Below are positions 1-13,598 of a stretch of DNA of 64,000 nucleotides, piece after piece. A program made the translations under genes and the position numbers. Source of the DNA: Flaccisagitta enflata (taxonomy: Eukaryota); NCBI GenBank assembly GCA_965153355.1, contig OZ231126.1, positions 48,050,001 to 48,114,000 of the forward strand, in the 5' to 3' direction. The first letter of the stretch is position 1. The number at the start of each line of letters is the position of its first letter. A model generated the notes under the pieces. That model worked only from the letters and a program-made list of their open reading frames with translations. It had not been told where the DNA came from and ran no database searches.

Positions 1-668
1 TGAGGAGGCATCTCTTCTCTAAATGTGTTTACAATGATACGAAAGCCAGATCGCAATTCAACAAACAGAAGATGAGCTATTTCGGATTCTGACGTGTCAA
101 CGAAGAGGATTAAGGTTCTTCCAGGTCCGGTTGAGAGAATGTTGTCATCAGCAGAGACAGATCCTAGAACGTCTGCGGCGGAGATAGGTCCACCAGGCCC
201 ACCAGGTCCACCAGGTCCAAAAGGTCCTCCAGAGGCGGAGCCAGCTCCTTTAACGTCAGAGGCGGAGTCGGGTTCTTGAACGTCAGAGGCGAAGCCGTGT
301 CCTTGAACGTCAGAGGCGGAGCCGGAGCCGGAGCCGAAGCTGGAGCTAGAGGCAGAGGCAGAGCCAGAGCCAGAGCCAGAGCCTCTGAAAGAGCCGAAAG
401 CCTCCAAAAGCTTTTGAAAGAGATCTTCGGGTTCAACAGATGGAATCTCATCAGGAATGTCATCTTGTGATTTATTCTCTTCGATGTTTTCTTGTGGTTC
501 TCCACTTTCATCTATATCGTTTTCTCGTGGTTTATCCATATCGATGCCTTCATCAACATCAATTAGAGAGTGTGTCGGACACTCTGAGAAAAGTTTGTTG
601 TAAAAGTTGGACAAAGTTTTTGCAATGTGAAGAATTGGCAACCAAAGAAGGGAAACAATAGTTGCCAT
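1..668 (-). CDS. Accessory protein downstream of protease; acidic, GS/ASDV/GPG-repeat-rich; open at window edge
   Basis: ATG at 668 (MATIVSLLWLPILHIAK...) reads without a stop to position 1 (>=222 aa). It is absent from the ORF track because no stop lies in the window. Confidence 0.6.
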   Translation of the reverse strand, partial: MATIVSLLWLPILHIAKTLSNFYNKLFSECPTHSLIDVDEGIDMDKPRENDIDESGEPQENIEENKSQDDIPDEIPSVEPEDLFQKLLEAFGSFRGSGSGSGSASASSSSFGSGSGSASDVQGHGFASDVQEPDSASDVKGAGSASGGPFGPGGPGGPGGPISAADVLGSVSADDNILSTGPGRTLILFVDTSESEIAHLLFVELRSGFRIIVNTFREEMPP

Positions 669-686
669 AACTCAGATTTCACTACA

Positions 687-1234
687 TTAAGACAGAAACC
701 CAAATTCACATAATTTATAAGCACGGCGAAGGATGTATTTTTCTCGTTCCAATAATTCTTTAAAAGCTGTTTTAATTTAACAAAATGCGGGATGTTGTGT
801 ACTGTAAAAAATCGCAAATTAAAAATAAAAAAATAACCGCAGCCTAAATTTTTTCGAGATTGTGTAACCAGATTAAAATGCGACAATGAAAGATGACGAG
901 TGCTACAAAATGTGTCAATAGTATTTCTTATATCCTTTTTATCTTTATAAACACTTGCTAAACTATCGATAAGTAAACAATGTCTATTTTGGTCCCGTAG
1001 GTCTAAGGCCAGAAGGAGCCAATGACCAGTGGTCTGATAGATTTCCTGTGAATGTGAAGAATTGAGCACTATGGCCATTTTCCTCTTTTTTGAAAAGATA
1101 TTATGTTTTAATGTTAAAAGTTTGTCATAAGGAATGATAAGGGCGCCATTACCAATAAATTTCAACGCTTTAGGAATCTTTTTTAAATATCTGATTAAGT
1201 CTTTGTCCGTGGTTATGAGTTCTTTCGATGACAT
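687..1234 (-). CDS. Adenain-like cysteine (maturation) protease, copy A
   Basis: Start MSSKELIT at 1234. Motifs TGHWLLL, LIDSL and TQSRKNLGCG give the His/Asp/Gln/Cys set; aligns with 42698-43228. Probable frameshift in an A-run near 740 (alternative frame NEKYILRRAYKLCEFGFLS*), so the end is approximate. Confidence 0.8.
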
Positions 1235-1283
1235 TTTGTTACTGTTGTTTGTTGCTGCTGTTACTGTTGTTGTTGCTGTCGTG

Positions 1284-3287
1284 TTATTGGTCGTGCTCAA
1301 AATTTCTAATACACGTGCGATCACTCAGTACACCCATAGACCGAGATTGAAAATAAATAACTATCACGTGAATCACGCTATGAAAAAGAGAAAAAAAAAG
1401 AAATTAACCACAAAAAAAAAAAAAACAAGAAAAAAAAAACTGGTATCCATCGTCAGTGACAGTAGTACCTTGTAGTTGATGTCTTCCAGCGGAGATAGAG
1501 TGAGTAATCATTGGCCGTTGCAATAGGACGGAAAGTGATTCTTCTTTTTTCTGGATTAGCAATAGAGTCCTCGCCCAAAAGATTAAATGGTAGTAGAAAT
1601 CTATGGCTTTCCAGGAATCAAAAGAGAAATCCTTTGATCCTGTGCTACTTGCCAATTTGCCAAAGGTATTGAGGCAATACCAATAGCTAGCTTTCAAAGA
1701 TCTTGAACTCGTAAAATTGTATCCTGTATGAATTTTTTTACAAAAAAAAAAAAAAAAAAGAAATTGGTCCTGTCAGTTGATCGGTTGGTGTTTTTTTTTT
1801 TTTTTTTGGTATTATTGCATTCTGCTTTTTAATCACCCGCTTGTTGTCCGCCAATGGTAGGGATTGGTAAAGACGGAATTCGGCAATCAGCAGCACTGCA
1901 TGTTACATAAGCGTTTTGAATACCACATCTGGTATACTCAAAATAATTTTTTTGATAGTGTCCGCAATGACAGACATTTTCTTGGAATGCACAAATGATA
2001 TAAGAGCATTCCTGACGGCTTGCAATCTGTATGTTTTTCTCTAAGAGACCCTGTTCCACGCTGTATATGTTAAAAAAAATAAAGAAAAAAAAAGAAAAAA
2101 AAATTGAAAAAAAAAGAAAAAAAAAGAAAAGAAAACAAAACAAAAAAAAAAACTACCTAAAGGTTTTGATAAATCTCGATTGAAAGTCCACCTGCAGGAA
2201 TTTTTTTGCCATTCGGCCCTCAATCGCCTAAGTATGAAAAAATTTTTTAAAAATTTTAAAAAGAATTGAGAGATTCTAATTTTTTTTTTCAAATTTCAAG
2301 AAAAATTCAAAATTAAACAAATTACTATTACTATAACATTGATTAGGTTCGGCTTCAATAAAAGAATTTTGGCCAGAATTTTCCCCTCAGTTATCTTAAA
2401 TCTAGCTTTGCAGGTGCTATTGTTTGGAATCACAAAATATTTCTAAGAAAAAAAAAATTTTTTTTTAGTTTTGAGACAAGACAAAAGATTTTCTTTTTTG
2501 AAAAGATAAGTAAAGACTTTTTTTCCGTATAATCTAACCTGAGGAGAGCTCAAGAAGCGGCGTAGAGAAATTGGTAACCCCTGATAAAAAAAATTGTTAA
2601 AAATTTTTTTTTCTATTTCAAAATTCAAAAAATTCAAAAAATATCTCAAATATCTCAAATATTTCAAATATCATTACCGTAGGGATTAAAATTGGAAAGT
2701 ACTTCAAAGGAGTTTCAAGTGAGATTAGATATTCGTTAACTTTTTTATTTAAAATTTTGATCATCCTGCGTCCAGTGGCATTTTTTGCAATAAGTTTATC
2801 TCCTTTTTTCTCTACAGCTTCTGTTACTGATGAGTATGCTCCTTCTATATCATCATCAACCCTTCATAAAAATTTAGCCAAGATTCTTTAATAGGCCTAG
2901 GAATCTCTAACATTTGTTGAATATATCCAACATTGTCACGCTTATGTCATTGAATAATTGTTGGGCGGGAGAGGCAGGTGGGATAACACCATCCTCGATT
3001 GTAAGAGCTTCCTCTCCTGCATCCTTAACTACCATTAAACTAATGTTCAAAAAAAGTTTTTGGGTATTGATAAAAGGCGATTTTTGGAGAATCCCATAAG
3101 TTATTGACTGGCTGTTAACGTCAATTTCATTGGGATCTAGAGTTGAAATACAAGTAAAAGTTCTGTATAAAATCCAATCTTGTAACGCATGGGGTTGATG
3201 TGCTAATGTCTGCGCAACTTCAGGAGATTCAAGGTTTTGAGGTGCTTGAAAATTTACAGTGTCTGAGTGATTGCGTTTATTTTCAAT
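1284..3287 (-). pseudogene. Major capsid protein (double jelly-roll, PY/hexon-like), copy A, multi-exon and disrupted
   Basis: Spliced pieces align with the copy B MCP: FQAPQN, PFINTQKLFL, KESWLNFYEG, LNKKV..ISL..L..FPILIP, FIKTFSVEQGLLE, RIPSLP..IG, KASY, SLYLRWK, ending EHDQ* at 1284. About 6 GT-AG introns, plus frameshifts, a deletion and no clear ATG. Confidence 0.8.
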
Positions 3288-3551
3288 TTACAAAAAGTTG
3301 TCTTTAGTTATTTTATATTTTTTTTTGGAAGGGGGAGGTGGTTTGCTCTTTTTGTTCTCTTGTTTTTTAACGGGCTGTTTTTTAGTCGCTGTTTTTGTTA
3401 TTTTTGCTTGTTTTGGCTTTGGTGATTGTTGTTTGTCAATGTCGCTAGTGGATTGTTGTTGACTGGTCGTGTTTTGTGAATAAGAACTATCTGTGGCAGG
3501 ATCGGATATCATAGCATTTATAAGGTCTACAACATTACTTTGGGCATTCAT
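3288..3551 (-). CDS. Small Lys/Pro-rich basic protein (putative viral core/DNA-binding protein), copy A
   Basis: 87 aa with a basic C-terminal half ending ITKDNFL*. Occupies the same penton-MCP slot as 45587-45883, which ends IDKDSFI*. Confidence 0.6.
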   Translation of the reverse strand: MNAQSNVVDLINAMISDPATDSSYSQNTTSQQQSTSDIDKQQSPKPKQAKITKTATKKQPVKKQENKKSKPPPPSKKKYKITKDNFL

Positions 3552-3637
3552 TCTGTTTGAAATTTTAAAAAGAAAAAAAATTTTAGTTTAAAAAGCATAA
3601 AAATCAAAACAAATATTAACATTATAGTTATCAATAA

Positions 3638-4740
3638 TTAATCATCAAGAATTAATGGCGAAGGTCGGAATGTTAAAGCAACATCGGTTATGGTATTCCG
3701 GCTGAAACTGAAAAAAAAAAAAAAAAAAATTAAAAAAAAAGATTAAAAAAAAACACCAAAAATTTTTTTTAAAAAAAAAAAATAAAAGAAAAAAAAATTT
3801 TTACCCTAAATTAACATTGTTTTCATTTGTTAATCTAATGGAAATCTGGGATAAAATAGTGTGCACTTGACGGATTTTGAAAAATTCACTTTGTGTTTTC
3901 CCATGTGAAGAAATTATATTGGTCCCAATATGTTTTCCAAGTTTGAGTGGTAAGGAAAAAAAAGTGATGTTGTCTGGATCCATAGTGAACAAGTATGTCC
4001 TTTCGTGTTGTCTTTAAAAAGAAATTAAAGAAATAAATATGCAAATTTAAAAAAAAAAATAGATCAATATAGATCAAAAAAAGGTTACCTGCCAGCCTCA
4101 GCTAGAATTGAGCTTCTGACGCAGAGGAGTTGTGGCAAAAATCGAATTGAAGAGAAAGTTTTTTGTTTTTCTGAAGTTATTATGTTTGAGAAGAGTGATG
4201 TAACTTTATCATCAATTAAAGTAATAGGACCCACTTTAATCTTGGTTAATTTCAAGTGGTCGTAGGAATCGGCGGGTAGCGCGCTACCCAACTTGTATGA
4301 AACATACGGTGGGAAAGTTAGTTTTAGACTGGTTTTTTCAACTAAACTTTGTTTGTTGATATGAAATTTGACCTTTAGTTGGCTTCTGTCGAGGCTAAGC
4401 TGTAGAAATTGTCTAGAAAATATGGTGGAATTGGGGCGTTTTAATTTTTCAATTGCATTGTATATGAGCTCCGATAGTTTGCGAGCCATATTCAATAATG
4501 ATATATTGTTGTACAACCACTCCTCAATATATTTCCTATTTTCTGCAGTTAGCTGATTGTTGGATTGCATTTTACCCGTCATTTTCAACCAGGTTGTCAG
4601 TACAGCTTTTATTTTGTCGGATCTGGTTTGTAGTTCAAGTGGCAGTATTACAGGCTTGTTTGCTAGTTGACTTTGTTTTTCTAGTAAAGTTTGTCCAAGC
4701 GAATGTCGCAAAATCTGGTTAAATCAATTAGTTTTAACGA
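3638..4740 (-). pseudogene. Minor capsid protein (penton-like), copy A, 3' half only, two introns
   Basis: LTFPPYVSYKLGS..VGPI..SNIITSEKQKTF..IR matches IIFPPKLSHVLGS..IGPI..TNTITNEGQTTF..VR of 46109-47692. Exons ~4740-4089, 4011-3805 and 3707-3638 splice in frame. The 5' half is replaced by unrelated DNA (~4.75-6.85 kb). Confidence 0.75.
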
Positions 4741-6673
4741 TGGAGCTGACTCCATCAAACTTTCATTGTAATTTTTCCTTTGATCAGGGCTGTTCAAGAC
4801 GCATGACGCGTGCAGCACCCTTTCCTCTTTCAATCTCCCTCCTTTATATCAATAGCTCGTGTTCAGTATGTTTTTGACATTTGTTTTGGGGTGTATGAGC
4901 TCATTGAGATGTTTGGTTAAATCGAATTGCGAAAAATTGAGAATTTGCAATATCGTGAAAGGATGCTTAGATCATGAACTCTTATATTTTGATCGATTGA
5001 TTGGTCGGCAGATAAATCATTAAAAATTGAATCTATAAAGATCGAATCGTCATCTGCGACAACTTCCATATATCTTTTAATGATATAGATATCAGTTGAG
5101 TTGTCCATTAGTGAATTGATGTATTCTAACGCTTTGATTGGTAAATACCCTGTCTTCAGAAGCAACTGCAACCAGCAAAAGATGTATTGTATGAAAACTA
5201 TACACACCACAAATTTCAGATTTCCTCTGTCTGATAGCATATTACTGACGGTTTTTTCATGCAAAATTTCAGCACTCTAGGTCAAATAGTTTAGCTTCTA
5301 CGTTACTTTGAAGCAAATAACCATTTTTTGTTTAATAGTTTTTTTATTTCAGACATTGATGGGGGTCTGTCACTTTAAACCTTTATAACTTCTAAACGCT
5401 TTGAGCTAAAACTCTGGGATTGGTCTCAAATTGAAGATTTTTTGAAGGAGATTATTTGAGGTTCAAGAAAAAAACATTTCAAGCTGCATTTGTAAAGATT
5501 TTTCATGTTTTTTTCCATGATTTTTCTTGTTCAAACAATTTTTCTTGCTGAACATTTTTCTTTGACCAGTTTGAGATCTAATAATTATACACAATAGGAC
5601 AGGGAGAGATTTATTTATGATAAGAACATAAAATGGGATCAACTAAACTACTTCAAATCAATATCTACTCACTTCTGATAGGATTTAAAAGACTGAACTC
5701 GTTTGTGTTTCATAAAAATCGCTATTTTAAGTGTAAATTTTGGTGATTTTCAAAACAATGTAGAACCTAAAGTACTTCACTTGGAGTGCTGAAATTTTGT
5801 ATGAGAAAACCGTCAGTAATATGCTATTAGATAGAGTAAATCCGAAATGTGTGATGAGGATACTTTTCACACAATGCATCTTTTGCTGGTTGCAGTTGCT
5901 TCTGAAGACAGGGTATGTGTGAAAGTCATTCACTGTGATTTGGAGTTGGTCTTCATTTTCATTTTCTAGAACTGAGTCAACTAGTACTAAATTATCGCGG
6001 AAAATGCAGGATCAATGTATAACCGAGTTTTAATTACTTCTTCAGCGCTTTGAAAAAATGTGAGCGGTAGTGACGAGATATGAAGATTTTCAAGTCTCAT
6101 TTCTGCTTCATTCGATTTTAAATATATATCAGATTTCCTAAATCCAAGGGCAGTTCGACTAATGCTTCAAAATTATGGGCTGATGATTGATGGGAATCAT
6201 CCAAATTCTGTTCGGTGACTGAATTATTCAAATGTAATGTAAAACGATCTGATGTTGATGTGTTGAAATTCAACCGGTCCATTGTTGTTTTGTTTTTTTT
6301 TGTTTTTTTGTTTTTTTTTCAAAAAAATATGATAAAACTGAAAGAAAAAAAAAAGAAGAAAAAGGTTTGTAATGTTTTTTGTATGGCTGAGAAAGAAAAT
6401 TATCCACTTCACACATCCCAGTCAGTCAGTTTATGTTTCCCCATCATTTTTTTTTGTGTCAAACAAAGAAACAAAAAGAAACTAAAAGAACAAAAAAAGT
6501 ATCTTGGTCCAGTTTCCCCTCCCTTTCAGCTATACAAAAAATCAGATGGATACATGGTCAATACAAAAAAATAGTCACATTGATCACTGGTCAGACAGTA
6601 GACAGATAAGAAGCAGAATAGTGGAGAGAATCACAAGATGATAGGACAGACAGACAGACAGACAGAAGTTGTG

Positions 6674-6841
<168 letters not shown>

Positions 6842-6900
6842 GGAAACCGCCGATAGGAAAGGAATGAAGTTTCTTCCACAGATGAGAGTAAGAGAAAAAA

Positions 6901-7602
6901 TCAAATGACATATTGTTGAAATTCTTTCAAATCAAATTTGGGCGAATATTGAAGAGTATTATTAGGAAATATTTTTTTATACAACAGTAAATTTTCCTTA
7001 GTTAAATATTCTTTATGATTGTCATGTATAATCTCATACATTACATTGAAAGATCTGTTTTTTCCACTTTGTAGCATTTTTTTTTCCTGAAAAATAACAT
7101 CATTTACCATTATTGTGGAACTGTTATTATTTTTTTGGATTTCTTTTTTTGTTTTTTCCCCTTCTTTGAGTATATTTTCATCGATTTTTTGTAAATTCCA
7201 GGAATACCAGAATTTCCCAGGTATCTCCCGGAGGGAAATTTTTGGGTGGAAGCGAGTTGAATCTACTTGACTGACATGGTAGACCTCTTTTGAAATTAAC
7301 GGATTAAAAAGACTACTTTCCTCTCTTATCAGATTTTTTTGCAATTTCAAACAAACGGCGTCATGAATTTTCAGTTTGCGATCGTCTGTTAAATTTTCAT
7401 AAATGTTTCTAGCTTTTTCTTGCTTTTTTTTATCTATCATTAATCTTTTCTTAAGAATTTTTGAAGCGATGTAGTTATCAAAATGGCAGCGTGAAGCACA
7501 AAATCCGTTTTGAGCAGTTGGTTCGTTGTCTGCAATGACTTTATCATAACGCAAATTGGGATATTTCAAAAGAATTTTGAAAAAAATGTTTTTCAGTTTT
7601 CT

Positions 7603-7633
<31 letters not shown>

Positions 7634-8714
7634 TGCTAGAAAATGCTAAAAAAATTTGAAATGTTAGAAAATGCTAAAGAATGCTAAAAAATGCTAAAAA
7701 ATGCTTAAAAAATGTTAAAAATGTTAAAAAATGTTGAAAATGTCTAAAAGACCTGGTCCAATGCCAATTCTTACCGAATATGACGCTCGACTATGCTTAT
7801 TTTTGGCGTGAAATTCAAATTTAAATTGACGTGGTGTTTCATGTTGACATTCTTAGAAAAATTTGATTTGAATTTGCTTCCTTATACAATGAAAGAGGGG
7901 ATTTGAACATTTTTAGCTATTTTCTGTCTACTTTGAGTGACTTAGAGCAATTTTGAGTTGATATAAGGCATTTTGATTCATTCTGAGTCATTTGACTTGC
8001 ATTCTGAGTCATTCTGAGTCATTCTGTGCCATTCTGTGTCATTCTGTGTCATTCTGTGGTGTTTTGAGTCAAATACCTCGATCTGTTACTAAATATGAGT
8101 AACGATTGTTTTCGCGGGTAACCGGGAAAAAGTGTGGCAGCGCTTGCTTTAGGAATGACGCTTAATTGGCAAAATCGGCTGGAACAGTGGAAACAAAAAG
8201 AGATGAAGAAATGTGAATTGCATGTGTGGATTGTGTAGGGTAGGGACCACATTCGTAGTTATTCATTTACCTAAACAAATCGACCATAACCAAAATGATG
8301 GTGTGTTTGGTTCCAGAGGTGACGGACGTGCGTTTTTGACTAACCAAATTTTTCATGAAAGAAAGATCGATACTTAATTGCATGCCTAAAAAAAAAAAAA
8401 AAAAAAAAAAAATTGACAAATAGAGACAAAGTTCTTTATGATCTGATCTAGAGATTATAATTACCCGGAGAAAAATTTATGTAATTTCAAAACTCTTCTT
8501 TCCCTTTTTTTTTTTGTCGGTAACGTTTAATTCGTGATAATTTGTAAAGAGTATTTTTCAGAATCATAATATCTCGTGTTGTAAGCCCGCTTAGTCTGGA
8601 ATCTTCCCTGATTTGTGAGAGAATATTTTTGGTATTCGGATTTAAAAATAATTGTTCATCTTCATAATATTTTCTTATTAGTCTTTTCACGGGTTCTTGT
8701 ACTTTTTCCATCAT
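6901..8714 (-). pseudogene. Retroviral-type (rve) DDE integrase, copy A, 5 exons
   Basis: Exons 8714-8465, 8385-8271, 8178-8077, 7880-7775 and 7600-6901 give QLSID..VDLFSRF..LVTDRGSKF..KISIVERHIRKLK. There is a premature TGA in exon 1 and a frameshifting deletion in exon 3. The C-terminus matches copy B (TKE.L.LY.KIF..N.L). Confidence 0.85.
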
Positions 8715-8754
8715 TATCTAATTTTGGGGAGGAGAGGAAAAAAAAAAAAAAAAG

Positions 8755-9155
8755 ACTAACACAACTGGTATAGTGTTTTTGGGAATGTGTATTTTCTTTT
8801 TAAAATCTTTTAGAAAGCGTTTTTCTGCTGAAGAAAAAGGCTTTAATTTTTGGTTTCTTGCTTTTAAATATTCAAAAATTTGATTTCAAGATAGAGACAA
8901 AGCAGATAGAATTTTCCTAATATCTGTAAATCCTCCTTGGAAAAAAACAGTATTTTTTTTAATGAAAAAATCCCCATCAGGGCTCATGATTTTGTCTTTT
9001 TTCATTTACCCAAGTGAAAAATAAGAAAATATTCTATAAGCTTGACTTTTAAGATTGTTTACAAACAGAAGATTCAGTTTTGGTCTTATGGCAGATAAAA
9101 TATCTTTCATGGCGTCACTCATGACTTTTTTTAAGAAAACGACATTGTTTTGTTT

Positions 9156-9245
<90 letters not shown>

Positions 9246-9653
9246 CTGTTGTTGCTGTCTTTTGTTCTTTTGTTTCCATTTATCATCCTCTTTGTCATCA
9301 TTGCTATCATTTTCAGTGGTGGTAGCGCTAGCGTCGTCGTTGTTTTCCTCGCTGTTCATTTGTTTTGTTTTTGTTTGGCCACCATTTTGACGTTGCTCAA
9401 AAATGTCAGAGTGACCCCCGCCTTTTGATGAATTTGGATATCTCTTCCTAAATTTTGTCTGAAGTTTTTGTTCCAGTTTCAGATTATTTTCTTTTTGAAA
9501 ACGCAAAAAACAATCCTCAAGTAAGGAAGATTTAACATCTGTACCAAATTTGTTACTGTTCAAAATGTTAAAGATCTCCTTTCTAAGTCTTTTTGTCTCA
9601 TCAAAATGATCGTCAACATAGCCACTTCCTTTTGCGTTGTGTTTTGTACTCAT
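8755..9653 (-). pseudogene. Conserved gene upstream of integrase (PW-like), copy A
   Basis: EIFNILNSNKF and VFFQGGFTDIRKILSALSLS*..EKRFLK..HIPKNTIP align with QILEILRNKNKL and LHFHGRFKDI..KVLASLTLSQ..EKMLIK..NLPKSRIP of 49675-51231. Internal stops and a (CAA)n tract. The PW label is inferred from position and weak motifs. Confidence 0.6.
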
Positions 9654-10122
9654 TTTCTCTTTTTCTTCTTCTTTTTCTATCCCTTTTGTTTCTGTCTCCT
9701 GTACTGTTTCGTGAGATTGTTCTTCAGAGTTTAGTGTTTTCTACCGCTTGTTCATTCGTTTGTGACTTCTCTTCGTTCGTATCCGTATTATTCAATGAAT
9801 GAAGAGCTAACGGTTTTTTTTTTTGTTTTTTGAGAAGTTGGTCATGAAGAGAATTTTCTAGTAAAAGCCATTTGTTTTATGCAATCCCTATCCGTCCATC
9901 TGTCCGTCCGTCCAATTCTCTTATTGCTGATTCGTTCTCAATCACCTAATTGACAAATTGATAGTAGGTCCTTTTCATTCACGAGAAATGAGCGGTGTAC
10001 GTTAATTTGGCCAGATATTAAGTTTTTTGTGATGTTTGCGATTATTTTAGTTAATTTATCTGTGATTTTACTGTGATTTTACTGTGATTTTCGTCATCTT
10101 CTTTCATTGTCACATTATAAAG

Positions 10123-11460
10123 CTAGTTGGTTTGGGTTGAAGAGTCCGATATAACACAATTATTTTCAAATGTATTACAATTTGGCCGCCAAGTGCCATA
10201 TGATAAAAAGATCATTAAATAGTCCAATTCCCGAGTATCTACTTGGACATATCGTACACCGTCATCCGGATGAATTGCATCATCCAGGTTAAGATAGGTT
10301 TCTAATGGTAAACCCTGGGCCAGTTGGGCGAAGATACTTAAATCTAAAGGATGACATCTTATAGGCAATCGTAGGGGTGAAAGCCAGCTGAAACAAGATC
10401 CGTGTGTCAGAGCACTGACCGTGTTTGCTACAGCAGTACTCAACGTGACTTGGGATGTTAATAAATTATTGGATAGAAATGAATAACGAATATGGTTTTC
10501 AGGAATATGAATCCCAAGAGGCGGATTAACATGTTTTACTTTTGTGTGAGAACGCTTTAGGAATGTGTTTTGATCGGTCAATACTTTTTTTGCTTCTTTT
10601 AATTCTTGGTCTGAAAATTCACAAAAAAAAAGTCTAGAATTATGCAGAAGTCTATTTTTAAGCTCTCGTTCTGCGATTCTTGCTTGAGTTCCAAGCTTCC
10701 ATCTCTTAATTATTCCCCCCATTTTATTGCTCATTTCAGGGTAAAAAACATGCTTTAAAAACTGGAATCTGGATTGTTCAAAGAGCGATTTAAACGTGTT
10801 TCTAAGGAAATTGCGATCAAGATGCGTGTGCAAAGCGAGCCTTGCAAGGTTCCGCAACGGAGGAAATGGAGAATCATCCAGAAAATTGACTTAAATTGAC
10901 TTAAAAATGACTTAAAATTACTTGAAAATAAGTCCAGCCGGTCCTCTCACATTGAGATAAAATCGGCTATCGGCTTGTTGAGTTTTGCCCGTGATTGACA
11001 ACTCATGGTTTCGTGAGGTGGGGTGTTCCATATTTTCAAAAATCTTTCTATAATAATTTCTTCTTTCCCGACCGAAGTTGCTCTTCAAGCCTATGTTAGG
11101 ATTGAAGGACAATATGGAAACGGATATGAACAAGTCAAGACAAGATATGGCATGACAAAGACTTTTTTTTTCATTTTTTAATCTAACCTATGTCAATCGA
11201 TTTATGTAACGGATCGTAGCATATAATTTGTGTTTCTAAAATTTGAGGGCCACAACTGGAACTTGAAATATCACTATAAGAAGAGAAAGAGAAAAACATT
11301 GATTGGTTGACTTGACCATTAACGTGTGTTAGACCTTGTTTTTTCATCAACATTCCAGCTGCTCTCATATGGTTCTACTTACCGGAGCATAAACTGAATT
11401 TTTCTGTGATCCGACGAAATTCCATTGCGCTTTAACCATACTGCTTTTTGAGTGGCGTCT
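10123..11460 (-). CDS. Multi-exon unknown element gene, weak homolog of 51493-52900
   Basis: Three ORF pieces (11183-11368, 10918-11133, 10123-10857). Short matches to copy B: IICYDPLHKSIDIG~TLLYDNFHGNLSFG, FYLNVR~FFLAIR, HVFYP~SVFYP, IFLSYGT~RYLAYHT. Syntenic position. Confidence 0.5.
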
Positions 11461-11547
11461 TCTATGGTTTCACTTAGACATTCTTTGGCGAATGAAGTGT
11501 GAGACTGAGCGTTAATGGGATTTGAAACATCGCCGTTGCTGATATAC

Positions 11548-11587
<40 letters not shown>

Positions 11588-11777
11588 ATATGTGTATGAG
11601 TATAGAATGAACGCTGAAGAGATAAGTGGTCTAGTGTCGTGGTACTGTAGATTGTTGCTCGTTATTTGAAAACTCTCTAACACGCGCTGTTGTAGTTGTT
11701 TTAGGAAGGAATACAAAAGTCCACTTGCCAGAGAGAGATCAGGCAAAGCATTATAGGATGTTATGAATGTCCGTGTT

Positions 11778-11816
<39 letters not shown>

Positions 11817-11910
11817 GCTCACTTGAAGCCTTCACACGTAGTAGGTTTGGAGGACCTTGAACAAGGCCTCCATACACAAAATGCACCTATGAGAGGCAGA
11901 TCATGGGAGC

Positions 11911-11962
<52 letters not shown>

Positions 11963-12527
11963 TTTTACAGACGTTGCAGACATCTTCGTTCCTAAATCCA
12001 GAAGTGATGCAATTAAACGGATATCGTTGAAGAGGCACACCCTGGCAAAACTCCTTTCTTGAGACCAACTGCGCGCACTTGGACGGCACAAGTGCAAGCC
12101 CATACGACTGTGCTTGCAGTGGACAAGAGAGCCACGCTGAATCTGACAGGTTAATGGAATGATTGATTGATTGATTGATTGACTGATTGGCGAATAGTGT
12201 AGAAACAAGCCAGTGACAGTAGCAGAGTAGAGCGATTTCATTATGTCCATCGATCTGTCTATATGTCCATTTGTCCGTCTGTCCATCTGTCCATCTGTCC
12301 ATCTCACTCTTAGGATAGAGAGTTGAGGGGACGCATGAATAATCGTCGTAAATGTATGAGATGTTCTTGTCTGGTAGATGGTCAAAGCTGGGTGGGTTTG
12401 TTGGAGTCAAGAGGTCCATATTGACCCTTGACTCTCTAAAACAGAATTTATCGTTATAGTTACTCGACCAAACATGAGACCAGCTTCCATCCCTTTCGTA
12501 TTCCCCTGAAAGGTTTGGAAAGGAAGG

Positions 12528-12591
<64 letters not shown>

Positions 12592-12612
12592 TTTTCCTGA
12601 CTGGCGGAGCAA

Positions 12613-13598
12613 TCAACCAAGTAAAGGTATTTTAGAGGCAATAAGCGTCCTACCCTTGTATGCGGTTGTCCGACGTAAGTCATTCGTACGTCTCCTGTAT
12701 TCTGATAGTGTTGCCGGAGTGGGACGGAGTCCAAACTCGAGTTTGACCAACGAATTGACCTGATCGGACGCTCTGAAGGCTGGTTTTCTTTCAGTGTTCA
12801 ACTGCTTTATTTCTTCATTCCCATGTTCCATCTCCTGAACGCCGAAGTTTCTCTGTTGTTGCAAACTATCTAAGGGAACATGTAAAAGGTTTGCGCATTC
12901 GAATTCTTGTGTTCGATCTTTCCAGCATTAGTTTGTTGAGCTCCCGCAAAAAACTAGGTGGTCCAATTAGATCCCCAATCAGAAATTCATCCGCCTCATA
13001 TGAGTTAAGAGTATGCCAGAGAGGTAGCCTGTCCGTGTCTGCTATGGTTTGGTCTTCTTTTATTTTCCAAACAAAGCGCGCGTCGTATATTTTCAGCTTG
13101 CTGTGGAATGTGCCACTAGTGTCAGGCCAGAGATTCTTTTTCACTGCCGTGAACGCATACCGCGCGATACTTAAACATTGAGAGGGATTGGGTAATGGAT
13201 TTTGAATGTGATGTTCGCATCAAGCAATTTGATCTAGCTCATTTTGGAACCGTTTCAATTCGTGGAGAAATTTGTTGCATGCAAGTTGTGTGGCTTTGCG
13301 TGAGCGGTCTAAGCCAGTTGACATTTGTTCAGCACCGCTTGGATACCAAACTCCGCTTTCAAGTGCTGTAAACCATTGTTGGCTGATGTTGTCTACTGTT
13401 ACGCGGAGCGTCTGTTCTTTACGACTTACGTCTAAAGCGGCTTTATGCAAGAGCTGATTAGATTTCCCAACATAGAATGAAATCATCATTATCCAACGAT
13501 GGTAATACCCAGCAGTGTCCTTTGTTTAAAGATTTTTTCTACTACTAACAAAATAGTTAATGTCTGCATTTTGGGGGCATGATAAAGAATACGACATA
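12613..13598 (-). pseudogene. Decayed ORF of unknown function at the distal end of copy A
   Basis: ORF-track pieces 13526-13711, 13220-13489 and 12866-13144 are in one frame separated by single stops, with complex non-repetitive sequence. Confidence 0.45.

Noticed and set aside
94-279. Plus-strand GPPGPPGPPGPKGPP collagen-like ORF
   Set aside because: It is the antisense shadow of the longer minus-strand ORF 1-668 and has only five triplets.
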